Assembly (NCBI GenBank): GCA_965218585.1
Contig: CBDCLE010000011.1
Location: 32,001-96,000 of the forward strand
DNA from: Terriglobia bacterium
GTDB taxonomy: Bacteria > Acidobacteriota > Terriglobia > 20CM-2-55-15
Length of the DNA stretch: 64,000 nt
Direction: 5' to 3'
The notes beneath the pieces were generated by a model that was given only the letters and a program-made list of their open reading frames with translations, was not told the DNA's origin and did not search any database. Position numbers and translations under genes: made by a program. Positions 1 through 8,432 of the stretch are shown piece after piece; positions within the stretch are counted from its first letter, which is position 1, and each line of letters begins with the position of its first letter.

Positions 1-29
1 GAAACGCTTAGTCGACTCAGGTAGCTCAT
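1..29 (-). CDS. 5' end of a gene running off the left edge (MSYLSRLSV...)
   Basis: ATG at 29 on the minus strand preceded by a GAGGAGAGG RBS; only 9 codons visible. Confidence 0.4.
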
Positions 30-127
30 CGAAATCCTCTCCTCGAATTGCGGTATTGGTGTGTTTAACGGCTGCGGTGAGTCTACAGAAGCGAAAGTGT
101 GGGATCAATCGGAGTCTACAGGGAAGG

Positions 128-154
128 GCGCCGGCCGGATTTCCGAGCCGGCGC
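128..154 (-). terminator. GC-rich hairpin downstream of the FAH gene
   Basis: Stem GCGCCGGC/GCCGGCGC with inner CGGA/TCCG, 13 bp after the stop at 168; weak U-tract. Confidence 0.4.
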
Positions 155-167
155 TTCTAAAACGGGC

Positions 168-1302
168 TCAATCCTCCACCGGGGGGAGGCGGGCGCCACT
201 GCCCGGTTCGGGGGCTTCTTCGGACACTACAGGTAGACGCAACGTCCCGATCCCGTCAATGCTGGCCGTGATCTCTTCTCCGGGTTGCAGGAATCGCTGC
301 TCACCGCGGACCGCTGTGCCGACGCCGGTCCCCCCGGACGTCCCGTTGTTGATCACGTCGCCCGGAAAGAGCGTCACGATCGAGGACGCATACTCCACCA
401 GTTCCCAAAGGGAGTGGATCATGTCGCCCCCGGTAGCTTCCTGCATCGGAGTGTCGCCGATGCTCAACGTCTGCCGGAGAATCTCCATGGGATTGCCGTA
501 GAATTCCTTCGGAATGATCCACGGCCCCATCGGGGCGAAGGTGTCGTGTCCCTTGGAGACGAACCAGTCCGACCGCAGCGGGTTTCCTCCCGGCGGCCGC
601 CCCCCCCCTGTCGGATATGTCGAGTGAGACCGTGTATCCGAATATATGGTCTTCGGCTTCGTCTGCGGGGACATACTTCGAGGCGCGCCCGATCACTGCT
701 GCGAGCTCGACTTCCCAATCGATTCGGGTGCGACCGTAGGGCAGAACAACAGAGTCGCCGTTGCCGATGACGGCGCCCTCGGGAGGTTTCAGGAAAAGAT
801 AAGGCACGCCGCGGTTTTCTCTGCGTCCGCGCCTGGCTTCGGCGCGTTCTTCCGGCGCCCCTTGTTCGTCCACGTGGCTGTAAAAATTCACGGCGGCGTT
901 AAGGATTTTCCCTGGATAGATAATCGGCGGCAGCGTCCGAAGAGAATCAACATCGTGTACATAGTCCGGTCGATTGCTGCCCGTGAGCTGTGTGTTCAAG
1001 ACCAGGTTGTTGACGATCTCGTAGAGGCGGGCCTTCAGACCATACTCATACCTGCTGATCAATTCCTTCATGTCGGCGGGCATAGGGAGCACCGGATACA
1101 TCCGGTTCGACTCCAGCGCCGCGTTCGCTTCATTGAGATCGACGATCAGGCTGTCGCGCAGGACGATCCCGATGCGCGGTGCTCCCTCGATTTCAAACGT
1201 TCCAAGTTTGAAGATCTCCGTTACATCCTCGGGCCCTTGGGCCCAGAGCGGGTCGGGAATGAGAAGAGCTACAAACAGAGTGAGAGTTAAAGTAAGTCGC
1301 AT
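168..1302 (-). CDS. Fumarylacetoacetate hydrolase family protein with N-terminal signal peptide (frameshift at the C9 run, 600-608)
   Basis: Motifs KILNAAVNF, PYLFLKP, DWEVELAAVIG, FGYTVSLDISDR in ORF 301..1302 continue as WFVSKGHDTFAPMGPWI, TLFPGDVINNGT in ORF 168..674; the frame switch falls in a homopolymer. Confidence 0.85.
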
Positions 1303-1432
1303 GTTGCTCCTTGTAGGTCACCGCCTTTCGGGCGGTACCATTCGAACACATCCGGAATTTGAATCGCTGTTTCTTCCGGGTTGTACTCCTCGAGAACCGG
1401 GCTGTCAAGACATTGGTGTGGTGGGCTCGGGG

Positions 1433-1510
1433 GACGCGTGGTCGAGAGACGGGAGTGAGTTGTTCTACATCGAACCCGGGAATCCGCCACCGAGACTGAA
1501 GTCAGTCCAG
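1433..1510 (+). pseudogene. Short remnant of a PD40/TolB-like propeller repeat
   Basis: Translates as DAWSRDGSELFYIEPGNPPPRLKSVQ, resembling the PLWGPDGRDLFY repeat of the kinase at 42138; no start or context. Confidence 0.4.
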
Positions 1511-1565
1511 GGCTGGGCAATATTGGCGGCAAGGAGGGTCCCGACCTCCTGGGCCCAGCCTCAGT

Positions 1566-2590
1566 TCAATACCGCTCCAGGCACTCGTAAGGGTGGACGA
1601 TGTTCTCGGGGCGCCACACGAAGTACCGAGTCAGGTCGAACGATTCTGTGAAGTATTCAGGATCGGTAACGGTTATTCGATAATCCAGGCGATCGTAGGT
1701 TTCATTCGGGATGAAGCGTTCGACCACGGAAAGGCTCTCGCTCTGCGGTACACCATCAGGATCAAAATACCCTGCGGCGATGTGATCGGTTCGAACCACC
1801 AGCGTATTGCCTTGCCATCGCCCCCGTGAGAAGCCAAACAGCGTGTGTTCTTCAGGTGGCACCGCGTCGGGATTCATATGAATGCGCCGGCGGCCATCGT
1901 ACTCTTCGATCCGCATTAATATGTCTTCATTCTGCCTTACAAATTCGATCGGAAACGGCGTGATCATCAGAAGCGGCGTTCCTTTCGTACCGCAGCGAAG
2001 CAACGAATTGTCGAGCGGGTCCCACTCGGCAACGACTGCTTCGGCGGCGGCAGTTAGCGGATAGCCACCCTTGAACATCGGAAACGCGGCTGGATCGCTC
2101 ATGACCGTGCTCCAAACACGGAAGATTCCATCGGCCGCGGCGATCGCCGCTGCCGCGTTCGATTCATCGAACTCGCGGCCGACGAGATTGCCGCTCTTTC
2201 CCGCAGGGAAATAGGGATTGCGGGGGTTAAACGCCAGCTCGTAACCGCTTCCTAACAGGATATTGCGGCCATTCATGGCTGTAGGGTCTCTGCGCGATGG
2301 AGCACCGGCAACACTGATTCGGTCGCCGACAGCGATTAGCTCCGTGCTGAGTCCCCGATTACGCATGATGCTTACCGTAGGAGTCTCGATCGTCCATTCC
2401 AACGTTTCCCCGGATTCCTCGTCAACTTCCACCACGATTCGCCCGTGGGGATTACGCCATGACACGTCACTGACGACGCCGACAATCTCGACGGTCTTGC
2501 TGGCATCGAATATCGCGACAGTACTGTGGTGGCCATAGACGCTCCCTGCCAATACTACAGATCCTATTTAAGAGTGGCTACTTTCGACAT
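1566..2590 (-). CDS. DUF6152-like secreted protein fused to the unnamed Cys-bracketed domain (probable true start 2590, 1-bp frameshift near 2568)
   Basis: HHS...FD...GVV..V.W.NPH..I N-terminus typical of DUF6152; GGAGG RBS and ATG at 2590 give a signal peptide one base out of frame with ORF 1566..2552. Confidence 0.75.
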
Positions 2591-2736
2591 GTCGGTCCTC
2601 CCCCGGCTCGGTTATCCGTCTGGCTTAAGGCCGCAAGATAACAGAAATGGGCCGAAGAACAGCGGAAATCCTGTAGTTCGCCCTTTGGCACTCCCGCCTT
2701 TGCTTTGTACTCTTTGACGACGGGTCGGCGAGTTTC

Positions 2737-2759
2737 GTGCGGTCATAGACCGCACCTAC
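2737..2759 (-). repeat. GTAG-type REP element (GTAG-GTGCGGTC-TAT-GACCGCAC)
   Basis: Perfect 8-bp palindrome preceded by GTAG; identical copy at 46127-46149. Confidence 0.8.
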
Positions 2760-2761
2760 AG

Positions 2762-2810
2762 AAGAAGGCCCGAAGCACATCCGCTCCGGGCCCTTTCTGA
2801 AGATCATCCG
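2762..2810 (-). terminator. Intrinsic terminator-like hairpin, copy 1 of a 49-bp direct repeat
   Basis: Minus strand AAGGGCCCGGAGC-loop-GCTTCGGGCCTTCTT downstream of the 2835..3638 stop; 48/49 identical to 4663-4711. Confidence 0.7.
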
Positions 2811-2834
2811 AGATTCTGAATCCTGGCTGTCGAT

Positions 2835-3638
2835 TTACAGCGGAGTATCCGGATTCGCGATCGAACGCCACATATGCGCCGACGGGCTGTTGTCATAGCC
2901 CAAACCCTCCGCCGGCTGTCTGAACTGGCGCCCCACGATATCCACAAACGGATCCAAGGTTACTTCCACCCCCTCTTCGAAGGAGTACAGGTCGTTGACC
3001 GTGACCTGACGTGGCAGCATATACCACTCATGGTTGCGAACAAACGCGTAGTTCGCCTGGAGCTGCGGTGTGGGTTCGTAGTCGTGTCCAAAAAGTCTGT
3101 GGTACAAGTCAGGGTAGAAATATCCAGCTTCCTCGTCGGTGTAGAACCGCAGTACCTGATGGTTCCGGAGTGCGAAAGCCACTTGTTCGGAAACATAGGG
3201 TGCGTACAGGTCCGCTCCCCAAAAACCATGGTCCACGCGCATCAGGCACTGGACGGTATCGTGGATGAGACAGGCGAAGACGACTTCTTCCGGCATACCT
3301 TCTTTCAGTGCCAGATTGGCGCTCTGCAGGCAGTGGTCTTGCGCTGCAAGCCGGTGTTCAAAGAAGTCAAAGAAGGTTGGTTTTTCAGGTAATGGCTCCA
3401 GTCTTTCAACCTTCGAGCCATCAGGGGTAACGAACAGGCGACCGACTCCCCTGCGATAGTGCCGCGTTGTGATCTGTGCCTCGATTTCCGCGACAGTCGG
3501 AAACTCGGCCTGCGTGCCGGCTTCCAGATTCTCGATCATGTACGTTTCCAGCGCTTCCGCCTTTGCTTCGTGGCTCATAAGGCTGACCGCCGTCGTGCCT
3601 CCGAGGCTGGCGATAAAATGTCGTCGATTGATCTCCAT
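2835..3638 (-). CDS. HD-domain metalloenzyme (PhnZ/MIOX-like ligand pattern) with a Tat-like signal
   Basis: DHCLQSA, LIHD, DHGFWGA, LRNH, VNDLY; N-terminus NRRHFIASLGG...AKA. Confidence 0.7.
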   Translation of the reverse strand: MEINRRHFIASLGGTTAVSLMSHEAKAEALETYMIENLEAGTQAEFPTVAEIEAQITTRHYRRGVGRLFVTPDGSKVERLEPLPEKPTFFDFFEHRLAAQDHCLQSANLALKEGMPEEVVFACLIHDTVQCLMRVDHGFWGADLYAPYVSEQVAFALRNHQVLRFYTDEEAGYFYPDLYHRLFGHDYEPTPQLQANYAFVRNHEWYMLPRQVTVNDLYSFEEGVEVTLDPFVDIVGRQFRQPAEGLGYDNSPSAHMWRSIANPDTPL

Positions 3639-3778
3639 GTTGTTCTCCGTCGATGAGGTTTCGTCCTACCCTGTTCGTATCCGAGTTCGCCCCATTCTGC
3701 CAGTCTCGGGTGGGTTCTTCAACGATTCTGATAAAGATACGGAGGATCTTCCCGAGGTCAGCATTGGTTTGCCGCAGC

Positions 3779-4609
3779 TCATCTTTCCCGAGCCACAGCA
3801 ATAGCCTGATTGAGGGCAGCATAGAACTCTTCCGGCGCGACGAACGGATGGGGTTCACCAGGCTGCCGCTGGGCCAGAGCGTCGGCACGGGCAAAGAGAT
3901 CGTCAATAAAAGGATGATTCGAAAGCCGAACTTCTATGCCTTCCATCGCCGAAATACGCTCCAGATCGTCGATATACCGCTCGACAGCGGCTGGTTCATC
4001 CGTCCGCAAGTTCATTCCGCCATGAAGATAAGCCGTGTGCCCTCTGCCCTGATCCATTACCGGGAACTCTATCGACACGACGCCGGGGGTGTGACCGGGA
4101 GTCACGTCAAACCGGAGTGTCGCATCACCCAGAGTCAGGGTTTCATCCTGTCCAATAACCCAGTCCCGCCGAGGCGCACGATCGCCCTGTTCGTTTTCGA
4201 TCAGGGTCCAATCTGGGGCTGTGGCACCGATAGTGGCACCCGTACGATCCTGCAGCTCTCGTCCCAGCCCGTAATGGTCACGGTGGCCGTGGGTAATGAT
4301 CACGTACTTGAGATCGGCGGGATCAAAGCCGAGTTGGCGAACGTTGCCCAGCAGGTACTCGGGATAACCGGCCATATCGAAAAGTGCGTCGATGAGGATC
4401 AGACCATCGCTTGTGGTCAGCAGGTAGCTGGAAACGAACTCGGTCCTCACGAAATAGAAATTGTCGAAAATCTTGAAGGGTTGGCGTCCCTGGTCATCAA
4501 GATCGAAGCTGTCAGGTATGCCACGCTGCGGCTGTGCGGTTAGGTTGCCGCTGATCAATAACGTACTGAAAATCGTCACGACGACGATACGCTTCATTCG
4601 GCTCGACAT
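3779..4609 (-). CDS. Secreted MBL-fold metallohydrolase, subclass B3-like
   Basis: PFKIFDNFYFV, HGHRDH, TPGHTPG, SNHP motifs; signal peptide; AGGAGG RBS before ATG 4609. Confidence 0.85.
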   Translation of the reverse strand: MSSRMKRIVVVTIFSTLLISGNLTAQPQRGIPDSFDLDDQGRQPFKIFDNFYFVRTEFVSSYLLTTSDGLILIDALFDMAGYPEYLLGNVRQLGFDPADLKYVIITHGHRDHYGLGRELQDRTGATIGATAPDWTLIENEQGDRAPRRDWVIGQDETLTLGDATLRFDVTPGHTPGVVSIEFPVMDQGRGHTAYLHGGMNLRTDEPAAVERYIDDLERISAMEGIEVRLSNHPFIDDLFARADALAQRQPGEPHPFVAPEEFYAALNQAIAVARER

Positions 4610-4662
4610 GTCATCCTCCTTCTCGTATCCATGTTGAGTTTTGCATAAAGACTCAGCGCACA

Positions 4663-4711
4663 AAGAAGGCCCGAAGCACATTCGCTCCGGGCCCTTTCTG
4701 AAGATCATCCG
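4663..4711 (-). terminator. Intrinsic terminator-like hairpin, copy 2 of the 49-bp direct repeat
   Basis: Immediately after the stop of 4716..5570; one mismatch to 2762-2810. Confidence 0.7.
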
Positions 4712-4715
4712 GAAT

Positions 4716-5570
4716 TTAACGTTCCGGCATCAGCTCCTTGATCCGTGCCTTGAACTCCGGATACATGGTTGCCGGTCCGCCCTCGGTCGCCTCCAGAGGC
4801 AATGAGTAAACCCCAGCCGCTTCCAGTTCGTACGGATTCTCGCCTGGAAAATAATGCGGCACGAAACCCGGTTCCCGGTCGACTTCCGTCACTACGGTAC
4901 ATGGATACGGCGGCACCTGCTGATTCCGTTCCCAGAGGAACTCGCCTGTTCTGAAGAGAGGCTCCTCAAGGTAGATTGGATCGTAAGTGATCGTCGTCCA
5001 CGTGATGACGTCGTTGTTGCGGATCAGGTACTCGACAACCTCGGCGCGATCGCTTCGCGGGAGACCGTTTCGACGGATATAGTCTTCTTTGAGATGTGTC
5101 GTATGGATCCGCAACACATCGCCCACCCAGGTGCCGGTTGAGAAACCGGACCACGTGTGCGGTTCGTTCGGGCCCGGATGCGGGCGGCCGTCCATGTAGA
5201 TAGGACGGTCGACCGACCGCAGCCATTCCATGTGGTACGCCGTGATATTCCGGGTCACCGGATCGATTTCCGCAGTGATGTAAGGATCCGAAGGCCCGCG
5301 GGTGATGTAGTCCACGCCGTGGGGGCGGCACTGCCATTCCGGCAGGGACTGGATCGAGGAATCCCAGAGTTCGGCTCGGGCACGGGACGAATCATTGATG
5401 GGCATCCCCATAAACTCACCGAGTTCCGGCCCGCTGGCCCGTTCGTCCCGGTCCTCGTCAAAGACGGGTCCCCATTGGCCTGAAAGGTCCATCTGGGCAA
5501 ATGCCGGCACGCCTGCAAGTAGCGTGATAGCCAACAACATGCCGAGATTCCTGACTGACGTAATATTCAT
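4716..5570 (-). CDS. Secreted hypothetical protein (unnamed Cys-bracketed domain), paralog A
   Basis: Signal peptide ending AFA-Q; motifs QCRPHG, RPIYMDGRPHP, WSGFSTGTWVGD, RRNGLPRS, DPIYLEEP, PYPC; GGAGG RBS. Confidence 0.85.
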   Translation of the reverse strand: MNITSVRNLGMLLAITLLAGVPAFAQMDLSGQWGPVFDEDRDERASGPELGEFMGMPINDSSRARAELWDSSIQSLPEWQCRPHGVDYITRGPSDPYITAEIDPVTRNITAYHMEWLRSVDRPIYMDGRPHPGPNEPHTWSGFSTGTWVGDVLRIHTTHLKEDYIRRNGLPRSDRAEVVEYLIRNNDVITWTTITYDPIYLEEPLFRTGEFLWERNQQVPPYPCTVVTEVDREPGFVPHYFPGENPYELEAAGVYSLPLEATEGGPATMYPEFKARIKELMPER

Positions 5571-5595
5571 CTAGTCCTCCTGTGCAATGTTGTTT

Positions 5596-6393
5596 TTACT
5601 CGTAGGCTGAACACGGAGTCGGATTCCAGTTCGAATCATCCGGTTCCTTCTTATAGTGGGTACTCTGCATGTATCGTCGGGTCAGGTAGAGAGGATCCTC
5701 ATAGAATGCCGTCAGCACCAGCCACGAATCGGGGTCGAAACCTGCGACGCTGGGCTCATCAAACGTAAAGAGAAACTCCGTCATCTCTGTCTGATTACTG
5801 TATGGAACGCCGTTGCGACGGAGATAGCCCATACGCATGTGGTCGGTAACGACTCTCAACCGGCCGGCCGGTACCGAACCGGGCTCCCGGCCTCCCCGAG
5901 CGCGCAACCATTCCGCTCGGGAGAAGCCCTGCCAGGAATCATCATCGGGGGCGGCCATCGAGTCGTCGAAGTGGAGGAGCCGCGTCTGCGTTCCGGCATC
6001 GGTGTCGATCCGAAGTGTGTTTTCGTCTTCCCACGTGATATTGAGCCGTCCAGGAATCCGCATGACGCCGCCAGCGCCGTAATACCGGCACTCTTCGCCG
6101 GCCGCCAGGTCGTCATCCGGGTCCCACGCATCGGCAATCTCCCGCGCCGCCGGTGTCATGGCGGTGCTCTCATAGTCACCCTTAGAGGGAACGACCATCC
6201 GGTGCCGCCAGCCTTCGGTGACGACCGACACCCAGGTGCCGGTGATGTCGATCGGCGGGTCTTCCATGGCCGGCCCCGGAGGCGGGCCACCCCTTTGGGC
6301 AAGCACGTCAGTGGGAACAGTAAGCAGGAGTCCTATAACGAGCGTCAAGGCAAAGTGACTCCCATGGAGAGTTCTGGAATTCATATTATTCAC
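5596..6393 (-). CDS. Secreted hypothetical protein, divergent member of the same family
   Basis: Signal peptide ending VLA-Q; ECRYYG, WQGFSRAEW, LRRNGVPYS, EDPLYL, PTPC; overlaps the upstream gene. Confidence 0.8.
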   Translation of the reverse strand: MNNMNSRTLHGSHFALTLVIGLLLTVPTDVLAQRGGPPPGPAMEDPPIDITGTWVSVVTEGWRHRMVVPSKGDYESTAMTPAAREIADAWDPDDDLAAGEECRYYGAGGVMRIPGRLNITWEDENTLRIDTDAGTQTRLLHFDDSMAAPDDDSWQGFSRAEWLRARGGREPGSVPAGRLRVVTDHMRMGYLRRNGVPYSNQTEMTEFLFTFDEPSVAGFDPDSWLVLTAFYEDPLYLTRRYMQSTHYKKEPDDSNWNPTPCSAYE

Positions 6394-7489
6394 CTCTCCC
6401 TTCGACGAGGCTTCGATATACTGCTGTCACGAAATCCGTTGTCGTCCACTGGCCACTATCGGCACCATAAAGACCGTCGTAAGCCTTGGTGGGCCGTTCT
6501 TCGAGAACCTGGTCCAGGGACCAGCCCCGATTGATCATCTCCTGGATGTTGTTGCGAATGATCGTCACCATGTCCCGGTAATAACCCACGTCTGCGGAAT
6601 CGCTGAGCCGGCCGCTACCTGGAATGACCGACGTACCCCCTTCGGTACGGAATTCGGGAATGGCAGTTTCAAGGACCCAGTTGAGCGCATCAAGGACACC
6701 ATCGATGCTGCCACCGTTCGCCAGATCGATGATGGGATACGACGTCTGCCTGAAGAAATCCCCCGTCACGATCACGTCCGACCGGGGTATGTAGACCAGG
6801 GTATGACCGCCGGTGGTTGCCTGAGGCATATGGATCATGCGGACGCCGTCGCCGTTGAAGAAATGGCTGATCTTGTAGCTTGTCCCGTAATACGTGTCGG
6901 TCGGAAACATCAGGTAGTTCAGACCGTCCTCGGCCATGTCGAAGAGGACTTCTTCATGGGCGTAAATACTTGCTCCCTGGCCCGCATCCCGGATACTGCC
7001 GGTGACATTACCGCCGACGAATGTCTGTCCGGATTCCCGTATGACCTGATTGCCACCGACATGACTGGGTTGCGAAGTCGTGTTGATGATGTAGCGGACT
7101 GGCTTCGGAGGGGAGTAGCCGTCCCGATAGGCCAGAATGGCCAGTCGTCCCTCGGCACCCCAGTTGTCGATGCCCGCCCAGGCATGGGTCTGGGCCTGGT
7201 TCTGCATGTGGTGGATTGCGGATATCGTTTCCAGGACTTCATCGGCCATCGCGGCCGTCCCGGAGTCGACGAGCAGGACGCCGTCGGGGCCGATCGAAGC
7301 CGTGATGTTGCTGCCGGCGCCGGCGAGCATGTAAATCGGTCCCCGGACCCAGACGACGTCGATCGGCGACTCCTGAGCCTGGACGACCCTGATGAAGGGG
7401 AGGACGCCCAGAACGACGGCCAGCAATACCGGCAAAGGCCTCCCGAGCCGTTTGGACTGTGAGTGTTGGTTTTTCATTCCTGTCTCCAA
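6386..7489 (-). CDS. Secreted MBL-fold (cyclase-like) protein with a degenerate metal site
   Basis: GAGSNI..SIGPDGVLLVDSG, INTTSQPSHVGGN (for THxHxDH), TGD, NGGSIDG, VIPGSG (for PGHG). Confidence 0.8.
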   Translation of the reverse strand: METGMKNQHSQSKRLGRPLPVLLAVVLGVLPFIRVVQAQESPIDVVWVRGPIYMLAGAGSNITASIGPDGVLLVDSGTAAMADEVLETISAIHHMQNQAQTHAWAGIDNWGAEGRLAILAYRDGYSPPKPVRYIINTTSQPSHVGGNQVIRESGQTFVGGNVTGSIRDAGQGASIYAHEEVLFDMAEDGLNYLMFPTDTYYGTSYKISHFFNGDGVRMIHMPQATTGGHTLVYIPRSDVIVTGDFFRQTSYPIIDLANGGSIDGVLDALNWVLETAIPEFRTEGGTSVIPGSGRLSDSADVGYYRDMVTIIRNNIQEMINRGWSLDQVLEERPTKAYDGLYGADSGQWTTTDFVTAVYRSLVEGRGE

Positions 7490-7516
7490 ATTGTTCTCAA
7501 AATATCTAAGCGGTAT

Positions 7517-7536
7517 CCCGGTGGAATGCGGGCTAC
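7517..7536 (-). repeat. Short GTAG-type REP-like hairpin (GTAG-CCCG-CATTCCAC-CGGG)
   Basis: GTAG followed by a 4-bp stem in an intergenic spacer; single copy in the window. Confidence 0.3.
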
Positions 7537-7574
7537 GATTCGTTCAATAGATCATTGCAGAATTCAAGTTGGCC

Positions 7575-8432
7575 TTATCGCTCCGGCATCAATTCCTTGA
7601 CCCGCGCTTTGAACTCCGGATACATCGTTTCCAGGCCACCCTGGGTCGCTTCGAGCGGCAGCGAGTAGACACCGGCGGCTTCGAGGGCGTACGGATTCTC
7701 TCCAGGAAAATAGTGCGGCACAAACCCCGGCTCCCGGTCGACTTCCGTGACCACAGTGCATGGATACGGCGGCACCTGCTGGTTTCGCTCCCAAAGGAAC
7801 TCGCCCGTTCGGATCAAGGGTTCTTCCAGGTAAATCGGGTCGTAAGTGACCGTCGTCCATGTGATGACGTCGTCGTTGCGAATCAGGTATTCAACCACTT
7901 CGGCGCGATCGCTTCGCGGCAGACCGTTTCTTCGGATGTAGTCTTCCTTGATGTGCGTTGTATGGATCCGGAGAACGTCGCCCACCCAGGTGCCGGTCGA
8001 AAAGCCCGACCACGTGTGAGGCTCGTTCGGACCCGGATGCGGACGCCCATCCATATAAATGGGCCGGTCTACCGAGCGTAACCATTCCATGTGATACGCG
8101 GTGATATTCCGGGTCACCGGATCGATTTCTGCCGTGATATAGGGATCGGAAGGCCCGCGGGTGATGTAGTCCACGCCATGGGGCCGGCACTGCCATTCCG
8201 ACAGCGACTGAATCGAGGAATCCCAGAGGTCGGCCCTGGCGCGTGACGCATCGTTGATGGGCATCCCCATGTACTCGCCCAGTTCGGGGCCTCCAACGCG
8301 TTCGTCGAGGTCTTCGTCCCCGACCACCGGCCCCCACTGGCCTGAAAGATCCATCTGCGCGAATGATGGGATTGCGGTCAGGGCGATCGTGGTGAGGCAG
8401 AAGACGAGTACTCTAAAAGGACTAAATCTCAT
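7575..8432 (-). CDS. Secreted hypothetical protein, paralog B (near-identical to 4716..5570)
   Basis: Mature part differs from paralog A at roughly 18 of 260 residues; different signal peptide; AAGGAG RBS. Confidence 0.85.
   Translation of the reverse strand: MRFSPFRVLVFCLTTIALTAIPSFAQMDLSGQWGPVVGDEDLDERVGGPELGEYMGMPINDASRARADLWDSSIQSLSEWQCRPHGVDYITRGPSDPYITAEIDPVTRNITAYHMEWLRSVDRPIYMDGRPHPGPNEPHTWSGFSTGTWVGDVLRIHTTHIKEDYIRRNGLPRSDRAEVVEYLIRNDDVITWTTVTYDPIYLEEPLIRTGEFLWERNQQVPPYPCTVVTEVDREPGFVPHYFPGENPYALEAAGVYSLPLEATQGGLETMYPEFKARVKELMPER

Noticed and set aside
600-608. Phase-variable poly-C tract (also G8 at 30330)
   Set aside because: Similar indels hit ftsK, rsmA and yjbQ, so assembly error is the simpler explanation
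1313-1339. GTAG-led hairpin ACCGCC-TTTCG-GGCGGT as another REP class
   Set aside because: Single copy in the window; cannot be distinguished from a chance 5'-UTR hairpin
2686-2704. Sigma54 promoter TGGCAC...TTGC
   Set aside because: GG-to-GC spacing is 13, not the required 10
2625-2807. ORF MIFRKGPERMCFGPS (and the same N-terminus on 3779..4708)
   Set aside because: An artefact of translating the duplicated 49-bp terminator; the real MBL start is 4609 with an RBS
7575-8432. Assembly-duplicated gene
   Set aside because: Many synonymous differences, an indel and a different signal peptide relative to 4716..5570
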